From NCBI RefSeq assembly GCF_006345805.1, contig NC_043015.1, positions 36,642,001 to 36,706,000 on the forward strand: a DNA stretch of 64,000 nt. The letters run 5' to 3'. The position numbers and the translations under genes were made by a program. The stretch comes from Octopus sinensis. Its lineage: Eukaryota. Below are positions 1 to 11,668 of this stretch, piece by piece. The notes below the pieces were generated by a model. That model saw only the letters and a program-made list of their open reading frames with translations, did not search any database and was not told the origin of the DNA. The stretch's first letter is position 1, and the number at the start of each line of letters is the position of its first letter.

Positions 1-300
1 ATATATATATATATATATAGATATATAGTATATATTATTATACATTCTTATATATATATGAATATATATATACACGCACGCACACGCGCACACACGCACA
101 CACACCCTATATATATATGCATATCAGTGTGTAAAAATATATATATATATATATATAATATACACATATGTAAATACATATTCACACTTGCACACATATA
201 TTTATACACACAGATGTGCATATATATATATATGTGTGTATGTATATATAAATACATGCATGCATACATATATATACTTACACATATATATACACAGGAA
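1..300. repeat. Compound (TA)n/(CA)n microsatellite
   Basis: Dinucleotide runs read directly; ORFs here are IY/HT repeat translations. Confidence 0.95.
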
Positions 301-564
301 TTTATTTGTCTTTCAGAGTGTGCTTCTGCATGCGTAGGTGTATGTGTGTACGTATGCGTGTGTGTAACGGAGGGGAATGTAATACTGCGTCGGCGGCGTC
401 GGCGGAGTGCAATGTAATATCACAAGTAATTAAGAAATCATTTGGTTACAGTCTGTTTCGTGCAATTATGCAACCGCTGCATAATTCCATTATTCACGCA
501 CCATGATTTTCCGTACCGCATCGTTCCGCATCGTTCCGCAGCGGAGTGAGGGACCAGAAACCAA

Positions 565-775
565 TTTCTCTTTCATCTTTTACTCGTTTCAGTCACTAAA
601 CTGCGGCCAAATTGGGGTCAAGGCATTACAGGTTTTCGTCGATAAAAGTCAACACCAGCACTTATTTGAAAACCTAGCAATTATTCACTCGATCTCCTTA
701 ACTGAATCGCTAAGTTACGGAAATCCAACACCGTCTGGTGGGCGAGAGACAAGCTTAAATACAAACAGACACGCG
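565..775 (-). mobile_element. SINE family A, degenerate 3' half
   Basis: ttttactcgtttcagtcactaaactgcggcca...gctaagttacgg matches the 3' part of the copy at 933-1368. Confidence 0.7.
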
Positions 776-803
776 CACACATGAACACACACACATACAT
801 ACA

Positions 804-834
<31 letters not shown>

Positions 835-932
835 ATATCTATCATAATATATATATTCCTAAAAATAAATAAAGAACATTTATACTCCAGAGATATTTTA
901 ATGTTTGCGGCCGCATGATAAACCCGTATATT

Positions 933-1145
933 CTTTTATTATTTTACTTGTTTCAGTCACTTGACTGCGACCATGCTGGAGCAACACCTTTAGTCGAGCA
1001 AACCGAGCCCAGAACTTATTCTTTGTAAGCCCAGTACTTATTCTATCGGTCCCTTTAGCCGAACCGCTAGGTTACGGGGGACGTAAACATACCACCATCG
1101 GTTGTCAAGCGATATTGGGGGACAAACACAGACACACAAACATAT

Positions 1146-1200
<55 letters not shown>

Positions 1201-1368
1201 ATACGACGGACTTCTTTCAGTTTCCATCTACCAAATCCACTCACAAGGCATTGGTCGGCCCGAGGTTATAGTAGAAGACACTTGTCCAAAGTGCCACGCA
1301 GTGGGACTGAACCCAGAACCATGTGGTTGGTAAGCAAGTTACTTACCACACACCCACTCCTACGCATA
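933..1368 (-). mobile_element. SINE family A (tRNA head, CORE-like block, internal microsatellite), near full length
   Basis: On the minus strand: head GGAGTGGGTGTGTGGTAAGT...GGTTCTGGGTTCAGTCCC (A/B-box-like), CORE-like ACTTTGGACAAGTGTCTTCT, internal (TA)n(TG)n, 3' end GACTGAAACAAGTAAAA. Homologous copies at 17495, 21370 and 25040. Confidence 0.9.
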
Positions 1369-1542
1369 TATATATATATATATATAAATACAATAAGAGG
1401 CTTCCAAATAGGAATACAATAAGAGACTTCCAAAGAGGCTCTTATTGTATTTCTATATGAATAATATATAGTCTAATGACTAATTCATTTTTTGTGCTAG
1501 GCCACTAGTAATAATAATTTATTATTACCCTATTTTATTATG

Positions 1543-1573
<31 letters not shown>

Positions 1574-1647
1574 CAAGGGCGCTTCTTTTAAAAACTCCAG
1601 CTTTGCTAAAAATATCTGTGAAACACTCCGAATCTACAAAAATTAAT

Positions 1648-1683
<36 letters not shown>

Positions 1684-2183
1684 CGCGCGTGCATTTGTGT
1701 GTGTATATGTGCGTGTGTATGTTTGTGTGTGTACACTACACGTTTCTTTCTGAGCTTCTCATTTTAAACTTCATCTGTACACAACTCCGTAAGCAGTGTT
1801 ATCGAAAGACTTGAAAAACCGACTTTCCGCTTTAGGGTAAGGTGAATGTATGGGGAGAATACACAGCATCTGACAAACTTGCATTTAAGACTTGCGTTTT
1901 GATCGCTCAATATTCCGAAGAGTCACTAAAGATATCGGTTCATTCGGTTTTAGCGTCAGTTTTCTTTTTACAGACTTCCGAATAATTTTGCATTCTCAAG
2001 GCAAAACTTTCCCGAAGAACAAGATGAAAAGCCTGAAATTGTTTACTGGGATCGACATTTGATAACGTCAGTAGTCTAATTAGCGTCAGCATAGGTGATT
2101 ATGTTTACTCAACCCTCAAATCGATTTTGCCTGTGCTCTAACCGTTTATGTACGTTTTTTCGTCTTAGAAATCTATAAAGTAA

Positions 2184-2398
2184 TCTCTTTTACTACAGGT
2201 ACGAGACCCGAAATTTTGCGGCAAGGGGTCTAGGTTATAACATAAATACCCAGTCCTCAACTCGTACTTATTGTATATATACCCCGAAAGGATGCAAGGA
2301 AAGATCGACCTGCGCGGAATTTGAACTCAGAACGTGAGAACAGACGGAATGTTGTGCAACATTTTGCCCGACGTGACAACCAAACCGTTAGTTCACCG
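2184..2398 (-). mobile_element. SINE family B, degenerate
   Basis: gatcgacctgcgcggaatttgaactcagaacg is the reverse complement of the family B B-box region (cf. 15498-15731). Confidence 0.85.
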
Positions 2399-3582
2399 AA
2401 ATCGAGAAAATAGTCCTGGAATGAAATATCCTCTGGGGTGATATGAGTGACCAAATCGATCAAGACGGCTGTTCGGTGTGAACGACTGGTAAATTATGCA
2501 CCACAAACTGGCAACATATTCAAGGAATCCGTGATATTAGGATAAAGCTATACATCATGAGCAACTGCATTGTCAATTAAGATCAGCCCCTTCTTTCACG
2601 CCGGTGTTTATTTAAAAGTCTCTCGAAGATCTAATGCTGAATCGCCTATCGACACGATTTGGAATCAGGAAGGCCATTCATGAAATTTAGTACTGAATAC
2701 CCCGATATCTCAATGTAAACACCCCCTCATAAAAATAAGCTAATTGTGTATATTGCCTTCACACATTTAGTAAATGTTGTTGTGTGAACAATATTTTATA
2801 ACATACATGTATGTTTATCCGTAATTTGTCTTGATTTGTTATAGAGTCTTCACACAATTATTTAATATGGACACACGGACGTTATTTTATAGCATCAACA
2901 TATATTGATTATCTTCATTGTCTGCACTCTTGTTGCAAATGCTCCCATGTGGATGTCATCTGGTAACCTAAATGTATTTTGCTTATATCGCCTATTCACA
3001 CATATAGTAAACATAGTCGTGTAAACGTTATTCTGTAATCAAGGATTACGCTGAATATATTGACACCAAATAAGCAGCAAGCATGGTCACGCCAACGTTA
3101 TTTGATAGAGTAAATGTATGCTCAGTGAATGTGGTCATGTAAATATTATTTTATAGCTTAAGAGTATATCGATGATCTTCCCTGGGAAATGTTCTTCAAT
3201 TATTTTTACTCAGTGAACTGTAAATTTTTTAATATAAAACATCGACTTGTTTTGATTAATATCTTCCTTCCATTCGACATTTCAAAAGTGTACTGAATAA
3301 ATTTTATCTTATTTCAAACACAACCTACACCTTGTTGCCTATTGAAATAACGATGTTTTTATATAGGTGTAAAGGTGTGGTAGGGGATTGGGATAGGCGT
3401 CTGCTCGAATCTCTTTGATATTATATCGTCTGCAGCAGCTTATCTGTTGAATCAGGGGAATTTCAAAAGGTAGACGCAAAATAACTAGCTACGTTTCTAT
3501 CGCAAAGAAAAAAATAACAATATTTGCCATTGTTTCACCAAGTGTACATCAAAATGAATATTATATCTGCGTGTGTGTGTGT

Positions 3583-3614
<32 letters not shown>

Positions 3615-3615
3615 G

Positions 3616-3652
<37 letters not shown>

Positions 3653-3712
3653 GAGAGAGAGAGAGAGGACGGAGGGACGGACAGACCACACATAGACAGA
3701 CATAGATAGATA

Positions 3713-3756
<44 letters not shown>

Positions 3757-3802
3757 ATAGATAAAACATACATACATACATACACACATACATACATACA
3801 AT

Positions 3803-3975
3803 GTTATAGTCAGTAGATTGCGGCCATGCTGGTGTACTTCCTTGAAGTATTCCAGGCGAACAAATCGACTCGGCATTTTTTTCTTTGCAAGCCTTGTTCT
3901 TCTTCTGTCCGTCTCTCAACAATCGGTTGGCACATTGTGATGAGTGTGAAACACAGAGGCACAAACCCAAATCTA
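3803..3975 (-). mobile_element. SINE family A, 3' fragment
   Basis: attgcggccatgctgg...gaacaaatcgac...tttgcaagcct aligns by eye with 960-1035. Confidence 0.6.
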
Positions 3976-4370
3976 CTCACATACCTGCATACATATATCA
4001 TATATGTACATATATATAGATGTATGCATGAATGTATGTTTGTATTATGTATGTATATGCGTGTGTATAGAATGAAGTGGAAGATGAAGTAAATTTCTTT
4101 ATCATAAAGGGCAAAATTGAATCTACTATTTTGTTCCGTATATGTGTACATCCAATGTGTTGCTGTGTGTGTGTGTGTTGTGTGTGTGTGTGTGTGTGTG
4201 TGGTGTGCTTGTGTATATTTATACACGCAAAACGAAAGAAAGCAAAAAGTGGTGGCTGCCAGGTGATGAATTTTAAAGTACAGATAAATACATACTTATA
4301 GTATCGAGTCCAACGCACAGTGATTACAAATTATGGAGGAAATTAAAGGGACGTAAGAAAGGTGATACAT

Positions 4371-4495
4371 TACTAACAGCTGTTTCTGTAGGCTACGAGA
4401 TCCACGATAGCTTTGGTAGATGTGTTTCATTACAAAATGGAGCCGTAATTGATACATTCAACATTGAATATGTTGAGCCTCCATCATCAGGGTAG
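4371..4495 (-). ncRNA. Decayed hammerhead-like motif with 83-nt insertion in stem II
   Basis: Minus strand: ctacc CTGATGA tggaggc [83 nt] gcctaca GAAA cagctg tt agta. Stem II pairs 6/7, stem III is palindromic, stem I has only 3 pairs. Confidence 0.4.
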
Positions 4496-4566
4496 AGAAG
4501 ACTTTACATTCAGATGTGTGAGTATATATGTATAATATATGCATATTATATGTATATAATATATAG

Positions 4567-4597
<31 letters not shown>

Positions 4598-4634
4598 TAT
4601 ATATATATATCTGCATAATGCATATATATATATG

Positions 4635-4723
<89 letters not shown>

Positions 4724-4796
4724 GATATTTTTTTTACCAAAATTTCATCAAAGTGGCCAGCATATTAAAAAACCTTTAAAGGTGAAAATTATAAAC

Positions 4797-5033
4797 AATT
4801 ATAAACAAGGGCAAAAGAAATATTATTTCTGTGCCAATATGCTGAGAAATAGACTTTAAATTGTCAATCATCACATTCCAATATACATCACCATGAATAC
4901 ACATCGTGTACTCGATATCAGCACGACGTATATTTATGGTGATGTATATTGGAATGTGGTGATTGGCGATTTAAAGTCTATTTCTCAGCATATTGGCATA
5001 GAAATCGTTTTTCTTTTGTCCTTATTTATAATT
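4797..5033. repeat. Long fold-back inverted repeat (113-bp stem, 11-nt loop)
   Basis: Position i pairs with 9830-i from 4797 to 4909 with no indel: 8 G.T pairs and 5 mismatches. Confidence 0.95.
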
Positions 5034-5081
5034 AACTCTAATATCTCTACAACAGCCTTGGTTTTTTTTTATCTCATTACG

Positions 5082-5157
<76 letters not shown>

Positions 5158-5848
5158 CCCGTATATATATATACATCCAAAACGAAGAGAGAACAAAGAC
5201 ATAACACTGCCCAATGTACTTTCAACAACATACATAATTAGCTTGATGCTGAATCAAAAGAAGAATTATTCAGTGAAAGCTATGTTATAACGGTATGAAG
5301 CATCGAGTGTCCATTTCAGTAAGAATTGAGGAGAGAAATCTCTGCCTGTATTGATGTTGAACATTTTATGTATCCACAGGCAGTGAGCTATTTATTTACG
5401 ATGTTATACTTGCATATGTGTGCAAATCATTGTCTAAACTAATATCTTTTTGGGTCAAACTGGCACCAAATACAAGGTGTAAGCTACAGTTTTGCGCAAT
5501 TGGTGGAAGTAATATATGCAGATGGTCTCGTCTGGAATGGCAAACGTATTGAACATAACCAATCGAATAATAATCGGATATTCTAATCATTTTTGTTCAA
5601 CACTGTTAGATAAAAATAGTATTACATATGTATACATACACACACACATTCATAAATATATAAATACACGTATATATATATATATTATATATATATATCT
5701 ATATATATATATATATATATACACACAAATATACAAGTGATGTGAGTGAGGAAGTGGATATGTGTAAATGTAAGGATTTGTGGTGGTAGTTATTATGTAG
5801 TATATATATGTATATATATATATATATATATACATATAAACATATACG

Positions 5849-5880
<32 letters not shown>

Positions 5881-6884
5881 CATATATATACATGTATATA
5901 TATGTATGTGTATTTATATATATATATATATGTGTGTGTGTGTATGTATGTATGTATATATGTATTAGAAAACGGTGTGTAATATTTATCACCATTTTTA
6001 CACAAATGCACAATAGCATAAAATAATTTACGCCGCTAGGAAAATAAAACACCACATCCATACACACACGCACAAAGGCTAACACACATACACACACGCT
6101 CATATATATTATATAATATATATATTATATATAATATATATATAATATATATATATCTAAGATATATTTTCCTACAGATGATTATTTAATTATCAATATG
6201 CATTTGTGAGATAAAAACAGAGCCAGTGTTTGATGTTGAACAATAAAATATCTCCATCAGCGAATCAGAGAATAATCAGTTGGGGAGTTCATGTCATTAA
6301 TGGAAGGACATTAATGGAGCCTGGTTAAATGCTACATGCATGAATCAAACATGTCTCTACCACAACTTATGTGCAGGTTATACATGAACATATATATATG
6401 TGTGTGTGTGTGTGAGCATGTCTGTGTATAGATAGGTGTACGTAAATATTTATGTATATGTATGTATCTATAGAAATAGGTATACGCATATATAAGTATT
6501 TGCATACAATAATGCAAACGTTTCAGCGTATGTGCGTAGCGCATGTACATATCTCTCTCAATATCTCTCTCTCTCTGTATATATATACAGATATATACAT
6601 ATATATGTATATATATAATATATACATCTGTGTGTGAGTATCACTACGTTCATACGTACATGTACGACAAAGTGCCGGTAATGTAGGCATGTATGCAAAT
6701 GTATAACAGAGAATCCATTGCATGTACTGTAGATATCAGTATAACTGTATATATTGTTATTATAATAAATAGTATTAATATTATTAATATTAGTATCGTA
6801 TTATTATTGATATTGCCATTATTATTTTTTCCATACTGTGGTTCTCATTGTTGATGTTATTGATGCTGTTGTTTTTGGTGTTCC

Positions 6885-6981
6885 TCTTCTTCTGCTTCTT
6901 CTTCTTCTTCTTCTTCTTCTTCTTCTTCTTCTTCTTCTTCTTCTTCTTCTTCTTCTTCTTCTTCTTCTTCTTCTTCTTCTT
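6885..6981. repeat. (CTT)n microsatellite, about 30 units
   Basis: Read directly. Confidence 0.97.
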
Positions 6982-7165
6982 GTGGCAATCAAACACTACG
7001 AAACCGTACACAGACGTAGTGTTAGTATTTCCATGACAAATCGTTGCTAAAACGATTCCGTGCATAACATCAGCTGATGAAAGCCTCGCGGTTCATTGAA
7101 CGACAGAATAAACGTTTACGAAATTCTAGATACAGCAACCTTAACGATCAATGACTGCATCTGTG

Positions 7166-7197
<32 letters not shown>

Positions 7198-7629
7198 ATA
7201 TATATATATATCATATCTATATATCTATATGACTATATATTATATATTACATATGGTGTTATATATGTATGGAGAGAGAGAGAAGAAAGGGGTAGAACCA
7301 AAGAGAGGCAGAAAAAGATGTAAATAGTCTATATACATATATATACATACAAATATATATATTCTTATTTGTAAATGAATATTACTTATAATATATATAT
7401 AATGTATGTTTGTGGATTACCTCATGAATATAAGAGAAGAAATTGAAATGAGTCTATCGTTGCATTTGGATATGTAAGATCGATACGGAATATATGCTAT
7501 TTATATCGGATCGATGTGTGTCGTTATGTAATTCAGATTGGCATTAAATCTGGCACATCTTGCTTCCATTGATAATGCACAGAGTTATTCACTCACAGAA
7601 CAAACACAGATATTCACATGCGCAACAAC

Positions 7630-8181
7630 ATACATACACTCATATGTTTATATACATATATATATATATATACATACATATATATATACATGTATATATG
7701 TATATATTTATATGTATATACACATGTATATCAATATGTTATATATTATTATATATATACATGTATCTCATATATGTATCTATCTATATATATATGTATA
7801 TATATATCTATATATACAATATATATATATACATACATATATATATATACATGTATGTATATATGTATATATATAATATACATCCTGTATGTATATATGT
7901 ATATATATATATATGTATATATACATGTATATCATATGTATATATTATATATATATATATACATGTATATTCAATATATGTATATATATATATATTATAT
8001 ATATATATATATATATATCATACATATGTATATATACATACATATATATGATATACACCTGTATGTATATATGTGTACATATATATATGTATATATCATA
8101 TATATATATATGTATATCAGTATATGTATATTTTATATATATATATATACATGTAATATCAATATATGTATATATATCTAT

Positions 8182-8233
<52 letters not shown>

Positions 8234-8516
8234 TATGCATATATGCATATATATATCTATATATATATGTGCATATATGTATATATGGATACGTAAATGA
8301 ATAGAATGGTACATTATTATTCGTTAAATCCTGAAATAATGCTGCAAAATCATTGCATATATCATTGCTCGTACACTCGTACAGATACAGACACACATGC
8401 ACACACATACACGCAAACACACGCACACCCAAGGCATGTTTATACATATGTGTGTGTGTATGTATATATATACATATATATATATATAGAGGGATATATA
8501 GATGGATAGATAGATT

Positions 8517-8572
<56 letters not shown>

Positions 8573-8725
8573 TAGATAGATAGATGGATAGATAGATTGA
8601 TAGATAGATGGATAGATAGATAGACAGATACAAACATACATACATACATACATACATACATACATAATACATACATACATACATACATACATACATAATA
8701 CATACATACATACATACATACATAC
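7630..8725. repeat. Compound microsatellite: degenerate (TA)n, then (GATA)n, then (TACA)n
   Basis: Read directly; explains the 112-228 aa IY-rich ORFs. Confidence 0.95.
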
Positions 8726-9810
8726 AAAAATACATATGCACTTGTATACTCTCTCAATACGTGTATATTATACAAATAACTACAGTATGTAAGTAAATAT
8801 CTCTATAATTATTTGTGTATAAGTGTGTGGTGTTGCGTGCGTGTATAAGTGTGGATGTAAGTGCGTGTATCCGTGTGTGTGTGTTCGTGATTGTCTTCAC
8901 CGAAAACAAATATAAGTAGATATCATTATATGCAAATATATGCATTATGCAACGTTTTGCTATTATACGAAATGTGATAAGTATTCTTACATAAAGGTTC
9001 TTTCACCGCATATGCATGTATGCTTCATCACAATATTTCCACATATTTAGATACTTCATACCTTAATTTCTTACGTGCGGATACATATATACACGTATAT
9101 TTTTATACACACACATATGGATATACTTACATTTACGTGCGTGTGTTTTGTGCATGCCTGTATAGCTGTGTGTATTTGCTTCTTGTCTTTGTATACGGTT
9201 GCCTGACGTGTTGTAAGTTGGCACATATTTCTGATTTTGCACAAAAGGCAAATTGATTTAGGTTTGACACCAAGCAAAATGCGTTACCTGAGCTTTGTTT
9301 AATTATTATGGATGCACAACGTAGACAATATATGTTAATAATTTATTACGAGATGAACCGCGTATATACACGTAAAGATGGTGACATACAGTTATACGAG
9401 TGCATTTGTTTCTACCTATATCTATAAACATACATACACACACGCATACATATATACTTACATACATAAACATATATATAAACTCAATTACGTGCCCCTC
9501 TATATAACAATAATTATTACGTTATATATGCTTATAATAATTATATACGCATATATATATATATAATATTAATTAGAGTTTCTTTCCTCTAATGGCCCGC
9601 CCTTTATATATATATATATATATTATATATATATATATATATACATAATATATAATAAATATTATATATATATATACAATAATACTCATACATACAAGTA
9701 TATATAGTGTGGTATATATATATATAGAGAGAGATACATATAAACACACACATATATATGTATATGTATGTATGTGTATATATATATATATATTACATAT
9801 ATATATATAA

Positions 9811-9868
<58 letters not shown>

Positions 9869-9879
9869 CATATATATTA

Positions 9880-11210
9880 TGGCGAGACAGCTTGCTGAGC
9901 GCCACAGACAAAATCTGATGCACATCCATTCTACGGTAAGTTGCTGCTGGAATAATACTGTAGAGTGGGCCATTAGTGGAAAGAAACTGACCTGGAAGGT
10001 CTCGAAGAGTGGGGATAACAGGAGAAAATATCAGATAGCCAAAAGACAGGTGTGTATAGCCAAAGGAATAGCAGAAATGTTTGCCAAAGTTTAACGACTT
10101 GAGGACCAAAGAACTGAGATATTTCGGATTGCATGACATTGTGTGAGAGAAAACTTGATGTCATACCACAAAAACGTGTCCGTATGGAGGATGATGCCCT
10201 TGCGTTTAACGATTCTGCGAAGAAAGAATCTTGGAGATGCCATTATAAAATACAGCTGAATGTAGAGAATTAATGACCTTATTGAGAAACCAGCTACCCG
10301 AAACGACATGACACTGGTAGATAAAGCAATTACGGATATGAAGACAGGAAAAGCACTTGGCCCAACAGGAATCACTGCTGAGTTATAATAGGGAAAGTTA
10401 CAAAGAGGGTCATAGCCCAACTAATTAGGAAATGAGTTAGACTAGATGAGACACAGTTGGTTTTGTGGCAGGTAGAAGCACCACCGATGTTATATTCCTG
10501 GTAAGACAACTGCAGGAGAAATACCTAGCCAAAGATGAACATCTGTACATTGCTTTGGCTAACTTGGAGAAAGTCTTTGACACGGACCCCCGATCCCTTA
10601 TCTGGTGGTCAATGCGGAAACTGGAGATAGACAAGTGGTTGGTGAGAGCTGTACCTGCCCTGTACAGGGATGCTATCAGTAAGGTGACCGTTGGCAACGA
10701 GTATAGTGAAGGATTCTGGATATAAACAGTGGTTCACCAAGGATCAATCCTCAGCCACCTCTTATTAATTATAGTCCTCTAGGCAATAACAGAGGATATC
10801 AAGACAGGCTGCCTTGGGAGCTCCTCTGTGCTGATGGCCTTGCTCTTATAGTCGAATCACTGTCAAAACTAAAGACGAATTTTCAGGTATGGAAGCAAGA
10901 TCTATAATGAAAGGGCCTTAGTGTTAACCAAGCAAGACCAAAGTCTTAGAAAGTAGGAAGGCTGTCAAATCACAAACCCATTCAGGTGTATGCACCTCCT
11001 TGATCTGTAGAAAAGGCGTGGGTAGAAACTCGAAACGATGTACCCGGTGTAAGCTAAGGATACGTAAATGGTGCAGCAATATCAAAGGAAAGTTAACTGC
11101 GAAGATAGTTTTTGTGCGTAGCAGATCCACAAAGGCAATAGACACTGAAGATGTACAGCGGGGATAACTAGAAGTAGTTAATAGCATCCGCTACCTAGGC
11201 GACCAAGTCT
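9880..11210 (+). mobile_element. RTE-clade LINE fragment, decayed reverse transcriptase
   Basis: Translated motifs GFVAGRSTTDVIFLVRQLQEKY, LEKVFD, VHQGSILS and ELLCADGLAL (decayed YADD), followed by a Cys-rich segment; multiple stops and frameshifts. Confidence 0.92.
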
Positions 11211-11630
11211 GTAGTAGGTTCCAGACGGGCCTATGTCCTGCAGGAAATACAGAAGAAGGCCGCAGCGTCAAACTTCCTCATTCACCAAAAGCTACATATC
11301 GGAGGATTCAAATGATATTGTAGCAGAGAAAATGGTGGTACCGCAGCATGACCACAACTTTACAGTCGAAACACTTTTTAGAATTTAAAGAAACTACATA
11401 CATACATAAGTACTCGCACACACGCACACACGTACACACATCCAAACGCACACACATCCAAACACACACACATATACACATATATGTATATATTACAGTA
11501 ATTGCCTTTCAAGTCTTACTGACTTCGGTGTATATGTTTGTAAGGTAAACAATTGGAAATGCCACGTCAACCTAAAGTGGCACTCGTCAACAATATTTTT
11601 CATCAACCCTCACTAAGTTTCACACACAGA

Positions 11631-11668
<38 letters not shown>

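Noticed and set aside
7010-7135. CTGATGA at 7074 with nearby small hairpins (aacactacg/cgtagtgtt)
   Set aside because: No arrangement gives stems I-III around a GAAA/UH core.
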